A stretch of DNA of 64,000 nt from contig NZ_JBGSQX010000018.1 in assembly GCF_041737845.1 (NCBI RefSeq), positions 6,025-70,024 on the forward strand, given 5' to 3'. The position numbers were made by a program, and so were the translations under genes. Under the pieces are notes generated by a model, which searched no databases, was not told where the DNA came from, and saw nothing but the letters and a program-made list of their open reading frames with translations. Source of the DNA: Desulfococcus sp. (GTDB lineage: Bacteria; Desulfobacterota; Desulfobacteria; Desulfobacterales; Desulfococcaceae). Positions 48,228-58,062 of this stretch are shown here, in pieces (position 1 is the stretch's first letter; every line of letters begins with the position of its first letter).

Positions 48228-49619
48228 CTATACCTCCTTTACCACATCCTCAACGGGCCGCATGCCCGAAGGCATCTGGACGGGTGGAATGGGGCTGGTC
48301 ATGTCCGGTCCGCTTCTCAGAATGTTGAGGATATAATAGAAATAGCTTGAACCGATAATCCCGAAAAATACGATGAAAACGATGAAGGACCAGAGAACGT
48401 TTCCCGCATGAATGGGGGAGACCCCGTCGGAGGTGCGCATGAGTCCGTAAACAACCCAGGGCTGCCTGCCGACCTCCGTGGTGATCCATCCCATGACAAC
48501 GGCTATGAATCCCAACGGCTGAACGAGCACCAGGGTCTTCAGGAATGGCGTGGTGTCATAGATCCGCTTCCGAACGGCCAGGATCAGCGCCCACAGCATG
48601 ATGCCGATGAACAGGAAACCAATGCCCACCATGACCCGGAACGACCAGTAGGTGATCAGGGCATTGGGTCGGTCTTCTTTGGGAAAATCCTTCAGCCCCT
48701 GGACCTTCCCGTCTCTGGTATGGGTGATCAGATAGCTCAGGCCGTTGGGGATGGAGACCTCAAACCGGTTCCGTTCCGCTCCCATGTCGGGGATCGCAAA
48801 AAGGTTGAACGCGGCGCCCCCCTGGGTGTTGGTCTCCCAGTGCCCTTCCATTGCGGCCAGTTTGGCCGGCTGGTGGCGGGCCGTGACCAGCCCCTTCAGA
48901 TCTCCGATCACCCCCTGGGCGGGGGCCATCACCGCCGCCATGATGAGGGCGATCTTGAGGGAGCGCCGGTAGAACTCAACGTGCTGCTCTCTGAGAAGAA
49001 ACCAGGCGGAGATCCCGGCGATGGCAAATGCCGTGGTCTCATAGGCCGCAAGGATCATGTGGCCTAAGTGGGTCGGAAAGGCCGGGTTGAAGATGACCTC
49101 CCGGAAGCTTTTCACCAGCAGCGTTCCGTCGACCATCTCAAAGCCGGCCGGCGTCTGCATCCAGGCGTTGGCCGCCATGATCCAGAAGGAGGAGAGGGTG
49201 GCCCCCAGCGCCACCAGGCACGTGGCCAGGAAATGGATGAGCGGCGACACCCGGTTCCAGCCAAAGAGCATGATCCCCAGAAAACCGGCCTCCAGGAAAA
49301 AGGCGGTCATCCCTTCGAATGCCAGGAGCGGCGCCAGGACATTGCCGACATACTGGGAAAACCGGGCGAAATTGGTGCCGAACTCAAACTCCAGGGTGAT
49401 GCCGCTGACCACCCCGACCGCAAAGTGAAGTGCAAATATCTTCACCCAGAAACGGTACATGCGATAGTACATCTCGTCCCGGCTTCTGAGCCAGAGCGCT
49501 TCGACAATGACGAGAAAAAACGCCAGTCCGATGGTGAAGGTCGGAAACAGAATATGAAAAGCGGTTGTAAAAGCAAACTGCAGACGGGATAGGGTGATAA
49601 GGTCCATCAATGTCTCCAT
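48228..49619 (-). CDS. cydA: Cytochrome bd oxidase subunit I (short Q-loop)
   Basis: SRLQFA...FH, FEFGTN, QPAKLAAMEG and GWITTEVGRQPW. Confidence 0.95.
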   Translation of the reverse strand: METLMDLITLSRLQFAFTTAFHILFPTFTIGLAFFLVIVEALWLRSRDEMYYRMYRFWVKIFALHFAVGVVSGITLEFEFGTNFARFSQYVGNVLAPLLAFEGMTAFFLEAGFLGIMLFGWNRVSPLIHFLATCLVALGATLSSFWIMAANAWMQTPAGFEMVDGTLLVKSFREVIFNPAFPTHLGHMILAAYETTAFAIAGISAWFLLREQHVEFYRRSLKIALIMAAVMAPAQGVIGDLKGLVTARHQPAKLAAMEGHWETNTQGGAAFNLFAIPDMGAERNRFEVSIPNGLSYLITHTRDGKVQGLKDFPKEDRPNALITYWSFRVMVGIGFLFIGIMLWALILAVRKRIYDTTPFLKTLVLVQPLGFIAVVMGWITTEVGRQPWVVYGLMRTSDGVSPIHAGNVLWSFIVFIVFFGIIGSSYFYYILNILRSGPDMTSPIPPVQMPSGMRPVEDVVKEV

Positions 49620-49791
49620 GGTTTCAGGGATGGTTGGTGCTGCCCCGAACTATACGAAAATATGCGACAATCATATTTCATCATCTTCTATAGGGCAATT
49701 TGCCGGTGATGTAAAACAAAATAGTAAGATGAATCTGCCGCTTTTCAACTGCGTCCCGCAGCCGTCGGTCTGTTGACAGGAGACCGGACGC

Positions 49792-50418
49792 ATGTCATAT
49801 AGTTCGTCTGAAATCAGAAGAAAATCTTACCGATCAAAGGTGTCCCGAATGATGAGAGCCATCACCGCGGCCCCCATGGCATCCGCCATGATGGGCATGA
49901 TCATGATATGGATGATCGCGATGCCCCGGGAGGTCATGGCCGGGGCATCTCTCTCGGACGACGAAAAAAAGGAGATCGTCTACGGGATGTATGCGGGCTA
50001 CAAGAAAAAATTCCCCGCAGTGACGGATGTCTCTCCTCTAAAAGCCATGGCGCTCATGAAAGCGGGGAAGGTGGTTTTCCTGGATATCCGCACGGCAGAG
50101 GAAATGGCCGTTTCCGCACTGCCCGGCGCCATATCGAAAGAGGCCTTTCTGCTTCATCCGGCGTTCTACCATGACCATATAATCATCGGGTACTGCACCA
50201 TCAGCTACCGCAGCGGGAAGTTTGCGGAAGAAATGGCCGCAAAAGGCATTCAGATCCGCAATCTGGCCGGGGGATTGCTGGCATGGGTCCTGGAGGGCGG
50301 GAAGGTCTATGAAAACGGAGCGGAAACCCGCCGCATCCATGTCTACGGCAAGAAATGGAATTACCCTCCCGCAGGCTATGACAGCGTCGTGTTCCGGCCC
50401 CTGGAACGTCTTTTCTGA
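49792..50418 (+). CDS. Rhodanese-like domain protein
   Basis: LDIR...E...S.LPGA, YCTISYRS and NLAGGLLAW; AGGAG RBS; exact start uncertain. Confidence 0.82.
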   Translation: MSYSSSEIRRKSYRSKVSRMMRAITAAPMASAMMGMIMIWMIAMPREVMAGASLSDDEKKEIVYGMYAGYKKKFPAVTDVSPLKAMALMKAGKVVFLDIRTAEEMAVSALPGAISKEAFLLHPAFYHDHIIIGYCTISYRSGKFAEEMAAKGIQIRNLAGGLLAWVLEGGKVYENGAETRRIHVYGKKWNYPPAGYDSVVFRPLERLF

Positions 50419-50426
50419 AGCATCAC

Positions 50427-50452
50427 AAAAAAGGGCGGCCCATCCGTTGCCC
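50427..50452 (-). terminator. Intrinsic terminator after the 77-aa ORF
   Basis: GGGC...GCCC hairpin plus T6 on the minus strand. Confidence 0.55.
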
Positions 50453-50505
50453 ATGGCTGCTCCGGATGTTCCGCCCCATGATGAATACGCCCACGCTTTC
50501 AGAAT

Positions 50506-50739
50506 TTAATCGTTGATTTTCCGCGCCGCGTAACACTTTCGTTCGATATAGCTTCGCGCGATCTTATCGTATACGGCATCCCGCTCATGGATATACCTCG
50601 GGCCGCCTTCCCATCCGCCGCACGCCAGCACCACCGTATCCCCCAAACAGAATTTTCCTGCGTATCCCTTGGAATTGAGTTCATTGAGCTTCGCAAGGTC
50701 CAACATGATTTTATGCGGGGGAGTCACAAGAGTTTCCAT
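50506..50739 (-). CDS. Hypothetical protein (77 aa)
   Basis: GGGAGG RBS, its own promoter and a terminator. Confidence 0.78.
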   Translation of the reverse strand: METLVTPPHKIMLDLAKLNELNSKGYAGKFCLGDTVVLACGGWEGGPRYIHERDAVYDKIARSYIERKCYAARKIND

Positions 50740-50782
50740 AACAACCTCCCTTGAATGAAGTTTTCACCATACATCTATTGAA

Positions 50783-50810
50783 ATTCTAAGAACCCGCGGG
50801 CGGATGTCAA
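50783..50810 (-). promoter_or_regulatory. Sigma70-type promoter of the 77-aa ORF
   Basis: TTGACA-N16-TAGAAT. Confidence 0.6.
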
Positions 50811-50829
50811 ATCCACGGGCGGGAATGTG

Positions 50830-53502
50830 TCATGCCATATAGTTTCGGGCAAAATTCAGCTCATCGCTCCGCGTCTTGATCCGGCCGTTCAGTTTCGCAT
50901 TCAGGGTGGCGTCGAGTATCTCACGGTAAACCGGGCCCGGCTTGACGCCGATCCGCTGCAGGTCCTTGCCCCCGATCGAGGTGGTAATCTGCCTGAGATG
51001 AGTGAAATAATTGGAGATCATCTTCTGAACCGCCTCGTTTTGGGTGATGCTCATCATATAGAGAAGCAGTTCCACCCGAAACACGGAGAGTTCACGATAG
51101 ATCTTGCTGTTCTCCAGGGGCATGTTCCGCCGCAGCCAAAAGAGGCACTGGTCGGCCGGGTATCTTTCCTCCAGGAAGATGGCCTGGTATCGGGACGCCA
51201 TTTCAAACTTTTCACAGATGGATTTCGTGACATCCGGTTTGAACTGGCGGAGAAGAACCATGAAATACACCACCCATTGATGGTACTTTTCTTCCAGGAA
51301 AAGCAGATCGTGCCAGTCCAGAACCTTTTTCACCGCCTGGAAATTGGCGAGCAGCCTCGCCGACGGCTTTAAATCCGGATGGATGTACTTCAGCAGGTCA
51401 AAATCATGGAGGCGCCGAACCGCCGGGGCCGGGTCCGCCTCCTCCAGGATCTGACGAATCTCGTTGAAGATCCGCCGCCCGCTCAGCTTCTTGAAAAACT
51501 CCATCCTCACCGCATTTTTGATCAGGTCCGAGGTCAGCTTGCCGATGGTGAACCCGAAGCGCTGCTCAAACCGGATCGCCCTGAAAATGCGGGTCGGGTC
51601 CTCCACGAAGCTCAGGTTGTGGAGGATCCGGATGACCTTCTCCTTGATGTCTTTCTGGGCGGCGAAAAAGTCGATCAAGGTGCCGAATTTGTCGGCATTC
51701 AATTGAATCGCCAGGGTGTTGACGGTAAAATCCCTTCGGAACAGGTCCAGCTTGATGGAGCTCATTTCCACATTGGGCAGGTCCGCGGGAAACCGATAGT
51801 ATTCCATGCGGGCGGTCGCGACATCGATCTTGAATCCATCGGGAAAAATGACCACCGCCGTCCCGAATTTGTCGTACGTATGGATGCGGGCTTTTCTCAG
51901 CCGGGCGAAGGTCTTGGCGAACTCGATGCCGTTTCCCTCGATGACGATATCGATATCCTCGTTGAGGCGATAGAGAAAAAGATCGCGGACAAAGCCGCCG
52001 ACCACGTAGGCGCCGTATCCAAGCTCGTCCGCCACCTGGCCGACGCTCACGAGGATCTCCATGATGTAGTCCGTAAGGCGCTCCTTCATCTGCCGGAGGA
52101 TGCTTCGCGTCCTCGCGTTCGTCACCTCCATGAAGGGATTCATCTGCTTTCTGTCGCCGTAGTCGCGCTGCTGAATCAGGATATTGAGCAGATCGGTCCG
52201 GGTGATGACGCCCACGATTTTTCCGTCGTCCACCACAGGCAGAATGCGCTGCTTGTTCTCGATGATCTGCGCCTGGATGTCCGGGAGCTCCGCTTCCGGG
52301 CCGACCGTCCCGATCTCCGTGGACATGTATTCGCGCACCGCGGCCTGGTCCAGCTTGAGGTACAGGGCTTTGGCGATAATCTGACGAGAGATGTATCCCA
52401 TAAGCATCTCCCGGCCGCCCTCGATTTCGGTCACCAGGAGGGCATTGACATTATAGCGGGTCATGAGGTTTCGGGCCTCTTCCAGCGGCATATCGGCCTT
52501 GACGTGGATCGCCGGAGAAGACATCAGGTCCCGGGCCTGCTTGCTCGATCTCACCTCCTGGTAAAGAATATCGATCAGCTCCTGTTCCACCTGGATGAGC
52601 GTCTTGTTCTTGATGGATGCCGATGCGGCGAAGGCATGGCCACCGCCGCCCATTCTCCCGATGATGCCCCCGACATCCACGTCCGGGTTCCGGCTTCTGG
52701 CCACCAGATAGATCTTGCTGTCCATTCGGCCGATGGCGAAGATCACCGGGATGTTTTCCATCTTGACCATCTTGTGAACCAGGAACGCAAAGTCCGGCAC
52801 GTAGTGTTCGGTGCTGACCGAGGTCATGGCGATCTCGACGCCTTTGATATGGTGCCGGACGACGGCCTGAAGCATGTCGTTCAGGACCCCCACCTGCTCA
52901 AAACTCATCTCCCGCGCCGTCAGGTTGGAGATAATGTCCAGCTTCGCCCCCTGGGACAGGAGAAAGGCCGCGGTCAGAAAATCCGCTTCGGTCGTCGAGG
53001 TAAATGTAAACGACCCCGTATCCTCGTACAGGCCCAGGCACATGATCGTGGCCTCGTTGTCCGACAGGGGGATATTCCGGTCCTTGATCATTCGGGCCAG
53101 GATGGTGATGGCCGCGCCGGTGGGTTCGATCACCTCGACCTGGCCTCGGATGTCGTTCTTGAGCGGCGGATGATGATCGTAGATATGGATTTCCAGGTCC
53201 TTCTTATCGAGGATCTCCGAAAATCGGCCGATCCGTGCCGGCTGCCGCGTATCGACCAGCACCAGGCGCCGGATATTCTGAAAGTCGATATCCCGGATAT
53301 CGGCCATATTGAAAAGATACACCATCGACTGAACGAAAAAGTTCCGGAGCGTCTTCTCATGGGATCCGGGAAAGACGACAATCCCGTCGGGATAAAGCTT
53401 CTGGGCCGCAAGCATGCATGCCATGGCATCAAAATCGGCATTCATGTGGGTCGTGATAACCGTCAGCCCCTGCGCTGCGGTGGTGTCCGTCGTCTCTCCC
53501 AT
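50830..53502 (-). CDS. DHH-DHHA1-CBS-tRNA nucleotidyltransferase (probable A-adding enzyme)
   Basis: HMNADFD, YDHH, GGGH, two CBS domains, VGGFVRD...DIDI, DLFRRDFT and DPTRIFRAIRF; GGAGG RBS before ATG 53502. Confidence 0.9.
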   Translation of the reverse strand: MGETTDTTAAQGLTVITTHMNADFDAMACMLAAQKLYPDGIVVFPGSHEKTLRNFFVQSMVYLFNMADIRDIDFQNIRRLVLVDTRQPARIGRFSEILDKKDLEIHIYDHHPPLKNDIRGQVEVIEPTGAAITILARMIKDRNIPLSDNEATIMCLGLYEDTGSFTFTSTTEADFLTAAFLLSQGAKLDIISNLTAREMSFEQVGVLNDMLQAVVRHHIKGVEIAMTSVSTEHYVPDFAFLVHKMVKMENIPVIFAIGRMDSKIYLVARSRNPDVDVGGIIGRMGGGGHAFAASASIKNKTLIQVEQELIDILYQEVRSSKQARDLMSSPAIHVKADMPLEEARNLMTRYNVNALLVTEIEGGREMLMGYISRQIIAKALYLKLDQAAVREYMSTEIGTVGPEAELPDIQAQIIENKQRILPVVDDGKIVGVITRTDLLNILIQQRDYGDRKQMNPFMEVTNARTRSILRQMKERLTDYIMEILVSVGQVADELGYGAYVVGGFVRDLFLYRLNEDIDIVIEGNGIEFAKTFARLRKARIHTYDKFGTAVVIFPDGFKIDVATARMEYYRFPADLPNVEMSSIKLDLFRRDFTVNTLAIQLNADKFGTLIDFFAAQKDIKEKVIRILHNLSFVEDPTRIFRAIRFEQRFGFTIGKLTSDLIKNAVRMEFFKKLSGRRIFNEIRQILEEADPAPAVRRLHDFDLLKYIHPDLKPSARLLANFQAVKKVLDWHDLLFLEEKYHQWVVYFMVLLRQFKPDVTKSICEKFEMASRYQAIFLEERYPADQCLFWLRRNMPLENSKIYRELSVFRVELLLYMMSITQNEAVQKMISNYFTHLRQITTSIGGKDLQRIGVKPGPVYREILDATLNAKLNGRIKTRSDELNFARNYMA

Positions 53503-53791
53503 AGGCCTCCAGATGGATTCGCATTTGATGGAAATGGCGCCAGGATGCAGTGGATTTGTAACATACACCCTTCCGGGCCGCTTGATCAAGACGCAGGTTG
53601 CCTTGCCGGCGAATGTTCCGACGAATCAAAACGGCCTCGATTTGAAAGGCGTTCTGTTGTATGGACGGTTAAGGTGAAAGAACGCACGGCAGGATGCCTG
53701 GAAAAAACGCCCCCGCCTCCCGCATAACGCCCGGAGAAGCGCAGGGCGATGGCGCATCAGATGCATACCACGACACCGGCAGAGGGACACA

Positions 53792-54112
53792 ATGCAATAC
53801 CATCAGCTTGATTCTATCGAGGCAAGGGAACTGGTTCAGGGGTTTACGGTGAGGTTTGTCCACGCCGAATCCATGACATTCGCCTACTGGGAAATCGACA
53901 GGGGTGCGGCGCTTCCGGGGCACGCCCACCCCCACGAGCAGGTCGTGAACATGCTCGCCGGAAAATTCGAATTCACCGTGGACGGCGACACCCGCGCCCT
54001 TGTTCCCGGAGACGTGGTGGTGATCCCGCCAAACGCGGTCCATTCCGGAAAAGCGCTGACAGACTGCCGCATACTCGATGTATTCCACCCGGTGCGGGAG
54101 GACTATCGCTGA
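53792..54112 (+). CDS. Cupin domain protein
   Basis: HAHPHEQ, IPPNAVH and DVFHPVREDY. Confidence 0.88.
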   Translation: MQYHQLDSIEARELVQGFTVRFVHAESMTFAYWEIDRGAALPGHAHPHEQVVNMLAGKFEFTVDGDTRALVPGDVVVIPPNAVHSGKALTDCRILDVFHPVREDYR

Positions 54113-54235
54113 CACGCCCTGCCCACGGCGCGAAGAAGGCCCCGACGAAGACGCATCCCCCGCGAGGGTCCGCGGCCGTGAACCGGTCCCCGCACGGCGA
54201 CGGTTCAGGGGCAGCGCCCGCCCCCCCGGCACGCG

Positions 54236-55405
54236 TCAGCCGGCCTGGGCCGACTTCCAGAAGGGGGACATGGCCCTGAGCCGTTCGATGATGGGAGGAA
54301 GCTTTTCGATCACGTAATCGATTTCTTCCCGGGTGTTGTAGACGCTGAGGCTGAACCTAACCGATCCGTGGGCGGCCGTGTAGGGCACGCCCATGGCCCT
54401 CAGCACATGGGACGGCTCCAGCGACCCCGAGGTGCAGGCCGAGCCTGACGAGGCGCAGATGCCCAGTTCATCCATCATCAGAAGGATCGATTCCCCCTCG
54501 ATGTATTCAAACGAGATGTTGGTCGTATTGGGCAGCCGGTGTTCCGTGTCGCCGTTGATGATGGCGTGGGGAACGGCCGCCAGGATACCGGATTCGAGTC
54601 GGTCCCGCAGCGCCTTCACCCGGGTGTTTTCCTCTTCCAGGAGACCCGCGGCAAGCTCCGCGGCCTTTCCCAGGGCCACGATGGAGGATACGTTCTCCGT
54701 GCCGCCCCGTCGGTTTCCCTCCTGGTGGCCGCCGATCATAAACGGCGTGAACTTCGTCCCCTTTCGCACGTAGAGGGCGCCCACTCCCTTGGGGGCATGA
54801 AGCTTGTGGCCGGAAAGGGAGAGCAGATCGATGTCGGTCCGGTCGATGTCCATGGGAATCTTTCCCACCGCCTGAACGGCATCCGTGTGGAACACCACGC
54901 CCCGGGCCTTGACCTCCCGGGCGACCTCCGCCACGGGAAACAGGACTCCGGTCTCGTTGTTGGCCCACATCAGGCTGACCACGGCGGTGTCCTCGCTCAA
55001 ATGATCGTAAAGATAATCGAGATCGAGCCGGCCCTTGCCATCCACCGGAACGAAGGTCACCCGGTAGCCGTTGTGGGCGAGGTATTCGTATAGATTCTTG
55101 ATGGCGGAATGTTCGACACGACTGGTCATGATGTGCCGTTTCAGGGGGGTTGTCCGGATTGCGGCCCAAATGGCGGTGCTGTCGCTCTCCGTTCCGCAGC
55201 TCGTAAAAACGATCTCTTCCGGGGAGGCCCCCAGGAGACCGGCCACCCTGGCGCGCGACTCCCGTATTTTCAAGGCCGTCTGTCGTGCCATGCCGTACAT
55301 GCTCGAGGGATTTCCATAGTGGTCCCTCAGATAGGGCAGCATCTCCTCCACGACCTCCGGCGCAACAGCGGTTGTGGCATTATTGTCTAAATAAACCATT
55401 TTCAT
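54236..55405 (-). CDS. nifS: Cysteine desulfurase NifS
   Basis: YLDNNATT, GNPSS, SGHKLHAPKG and SSGSAC; real start ATG 55405 overlapping the nifU stop. Confidence 0.95.
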   Translation of the reverse strand: MKMVYLDNNATTAVAPEVVEEMLPYLRDHYGNPSSMYGMARQTALKIRESRARVAGLLGASPEEIVFTSCGTESDSTAIWAAIRTTPLKRHIMTSRVEHSAIKNLYEYLAHNGYRVTFVPVDGKGRLDLDYLYDHLSEDTAVVSLMWANNETGVLFPVAEVAREVKARGVVFHTDAVQAVGKIPMDIDRTDIDLLSLSGHKLHAPKGVGALYVRKGTKFTPFMIGGHQEGNRRGGTENVSSIVALGKAAELAAGLLEEENTRVKALRDRLESGILAAVPHAIINGDTEHRLPNTTNISFEYIEGESILLMMDELGICASSGSACTSGSLEPSHVLRAMGVPYTAAHGSVRFSLSVYNTREEIDYVIEKLPPIIERLRAMSPFWKSAQAG

Positions 55406-56232
55406 GACCGCACCTCCTCTACGACCAACTCCGGAAGCACGAACTCGCGAAGCTTCTTTTCCACGAAAGCTTCGAGGGTGATCTGAGCGGCACTGCAACT
55501 GGAGCAGGAGCCCCGGAGCTTCACCTGCACCCGGTTTCCTTCCACATCGACCAGATCGATATCCCCGCCGTCCTGCTTCAGAACCGGCTTGATTTCCCGC
55601 TCCAGCGTCTCCTCGATCAGCCTTATCTTCTGGATGTTGCTCATCCGTGGGCGCTCTTCTTTCACCGGAGGGGTCTGCCCCGTCACCTCGTTGATGAGTT
55701 CCTGGATCCGGTCCTGGCATTTTCCGCACCCGCCGCCGGCCTTGATATAATTGGTCACATCCTCGACGGCGGCCAGATGATGATCCGTCAGGACGCGCCG
55801 GATCTCCACATCCGTCACCCCGAAGCATTCACAGACCAGCTCGCCCTCTTTCTCTTCGAGAGGTTTGCCCCGGTAGCATGCAATCGCCTTTTCCAGGGCC
55901 TCCTGGCCCATGACCGAACAATGCATCTTTTCCTTGGGAAGACCGCCCAGATAGTTGGCGATATCATCATTCGTTATTTTTTCAGCCTCCTCGATCGTCC
56001 TGCCTTTCAGCATTTCCGTCAGGGCGGAAGAGGATGCAATGGCGCTGGCGCATCCGAAGGTCTGAAACTTGACATCCACGATCCGATCATCCTCGTCGAC
56101 CTTGAAGGTCAGCTTCAGGGCGTCGCCGCAGGATATGGACCCGACCTCTCCCACACCGTCGGCGTCTTCTATGACCCCGACATTCCGAGGATTTAAAAAA
56201 TGATCCTTAACCTTATCAGAATATTCCCACAT
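55402..56232 (-). CDS. nifU: Fe-S cluster scaffold NifU (three-domain)
   Basis: MWEYSDKV, CGD, FGC, KMHCS; BFD-like CECF...CGKC; Nfu domain DGGD...CSSC. Confidence 0.95.
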   Translation of the reverse strand: MWEYSDKVKDHFLNPRNVGVIEDADGVGEVGSISCGDALKLTFKVDEDDRIVDVKFQTFGCASAIASSSALTEMLKGRTIEEAEKITNDDIANYLGGLPKEKMHCSVMGQEALEKAIACYRGKPLEEKEGELVCECFGVTDVEIRRVLTDHHLAAVEDVTNYIKAGGGCGKCQDRIQELINEVTGQTPPVKEERPRMSNIQKIRLIEETLEREIKPVLKQDGGDIDLVDVEGNRVQVKLRGSCSSCSAAQITLEAFVEKKLREFVLPELVVEEVRS

Positions 56233-56390
56233 TGATTCCCTCCCGGGTTGTTCTTGACGTTCCGGCTTCAACCATTGGGCTTTCCACAAAGAAAACCTTC
56301 AGTTCCGCGTACCTTCCAAGTAATAATCATCCCCCTGAAAAAAGAAACCCGCCGGCGGCGCATGGCGATGTCGAGGGCGGCTTCCATTTC

Positions 56391-56419
56391 TTGACACACC
56401 TGGCGCTTTCTTTTATGAT
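56391..56419 (+). promoter_or_regulatory. Sigma70-type promoter
   Basis: TTGACA-N17-TATGAT. Confidence 0.7.
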
Positions 56420-56546
56420 TGCCTTCCTGTTATCGCGGTCACAGCGGAAATAGATTTCCGGATCCGGCAGCGTTGGGTCTGGATGGCTTGTTGAATGCCT
56501 TTTGAGGATCGACTTCATTTGGAATGCGAACCGGAAAGAGTGCCTT

Positions 56547-58058
56547 ATGTCGCGCAGGTTATTGATATCAAAGAAAGCTACGGCCATCTTGGTCTACGGC
56601 CGCCCCCTTCTCGTTTTCGCGGGGATGCTCTGCGCCATCGGCGTGATGTGGAACCGCAGCCCGGTTCTCTATACACTGGGCGTCACGCTGCTGTTCATCT
56701 CCATGACCTTTGATCTGGTGGACGGATGGTTCGCCGCGCGCTTTCAGCCGCATCCGACGCTTGCGCAGCTTGCGGACCGCATCATGGACAAGCTCGTCTA
56801 CTCGATCATTTTCCCGCTCATCGCCGTCGGCATCATGTGGCGCCTGGTCAACCTCTCGCCCCACTACAGCCGGATCGAACTGCTTCATGCCATATTCGTG
56901 CTGCTCATGTGCATCGCCGTCCTGGTGAGAGACAATTTCGCCAGCTTCATGCGCAATTTTGCCATCCGCCAGGGTCAGGAGCCGGAACCCAGCGAATTTA
57001 CACGTCTCAGGACCATTGTGGCGGCGCCGGTGAGCGCCCTGCTCTACGCCCATGCGTTCTATGTCCCTGAAATCCCCAACGGCCCTGCGACCTCCAAGCT
57101 TTACGTCTGGATCTCATGGCTCGGCAACCTGCCGGTCCGCGGACTCTTTTTCATTGAGATCCTGTTTTTCATCATCACCTTCGGGTCCATTGCCGCCTAT
57201 TGCCGGAAATATGGAAATTATTGCCTGGATGATCTCTGTCTGGACGACGAGGTGCTGCGGCGCCGGATCTTATCTTTTTTTCCGAACGCGCTCACGGTGA
57301 TGAATGCGATGATGGGGCTCCTGGCGGTCTTTTTCGCCTATGAGTGGCGGTTTCGCGAAGCCTTCATGCTGCTGATCGGCGCCGCCATGTTCGACAAGTT
57401 GGACGGCGCGGTGGCCAGACGCCTGGGGCTCACCACCCCCCTTCCGGAAGCGGTGGACCGGCCCCTGCCGAAAATCAATGTGGGGGGGGTCATGGATGAT
57501 CTGGCCGACGGGGTCAGTTTCTGCATCGTCCCGGCATGGATGTTTTATATCGCCTTTTCAGGCATTCAAGATCCCTTCATTCACAAGATCGCCGCTGGGC
57601 CGATCGCTGTCTTTTATGCGCTCATGGGGATCATCCGGCTGATCTATTTCACCCTGGACAAATCTCCGATTCCAGGTTTTTTCAAGGGGATGCCAACACC
57701 GGCCGCCGCCCTTTTCGTCACGGCGCCGCTCATCATGCTGAGCCAGGCCGCTCAGAGCGCTCCGGACTGGGTGCCCTTCTGGGGAATTTTCTGCGCCGCG
57801 CTCATGGTTTTCAACGCCATCATCATGAACCTCTATCCGATTCATTATCTCCATCTGGGGCGCTTCATGAGCCGGCAGCCCTGGTTCGCCCGGTGCACCC
57901 TGCTCCTGTTGTTCGTCTTCGTTTTCACGCCCTATCTGGGTCATTTTGCCTTTTGTTATGGTTTTCTATATCTTCTGTCGCCCTTGGTGACCTGGCGAAT
58001 CGCCCCGGATGTCGCCGAAAAGGAGACCCGCAACAGCGGGCCGGGCGACCAGAGATAA
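56547..58058 (+). CDS. Membrane protein with two CDP-alcohol phosphatidyltransferase domains
   Basis: Domain 1: DLVDGWFAAR...ADRIMD. Domain 2: PNALT, DKLDGAVAR...GGVMDDLAD.VSF, RL..F and FKGMPTP. Confidence 0.85.
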   Translation: MSRRLLISKKATAILVYGRPLLVFAGMLCAIGVMWNRSPVLYTLGVTLLFISMTFDLVDGWFAARFQPHPTLAQLADRIMDKLVYSIIFPLIAVGIMWRLVNLSPHYSRIELLHAIFVLLMCIAVLVRDNFASFMRNFAIRQGQEPEPSEFTRLRTIVAAPVSALLYAHAFYVPEIPNGPATSKLYVWISWLGNLPVRGLFFIEILFFIITFGSIAAYCRKYGNYCLDDLCLDDEVLRRRILSFFPNALTVMNAMMGLLAVFFAYEWRFREAFMLLIGAAMFDKLDGAVARRLGLTTPLPEAVDRPLPKINVGGVMDDLADGVSFCIVPAWMFYIAFSGIQDPFIHKIAAGPIAVFYALMGIIRLIYFTLDKSPIPGFFKGMPTPAAALFVTAPLIMLSQAAQSAPDWVPFWGIFCAALMVFNAIIMNLYPIHYLHLGRFMSRQPWFARCTLLLLFVFVFTPYLGHFAFCYGFLYLLSPLVTWRIAPDVAEKETRNSGPGDQR

Positions 58059-58062
58059 CCCA

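Noticed and set aside
51379-53727. 782-aa plus-strand ORF
   Set aside because: Antisense to the nucleotidyltransferase gene.
55406-55828. Apparent N-terminal extension of NifS, or a NifU-NifS frameshift fusion
   Set aside because: Off-frame overlap with nifU; nifS has its own GAGGAGG RBS and ATG at 55405.
54236-56232. nifU and nifS as evidence of nitrogen fixation
   Set aside because: No nifHDK in the window; stand-alone NifUS is a housekeeping Fe-S assembly system in many anaerobes.
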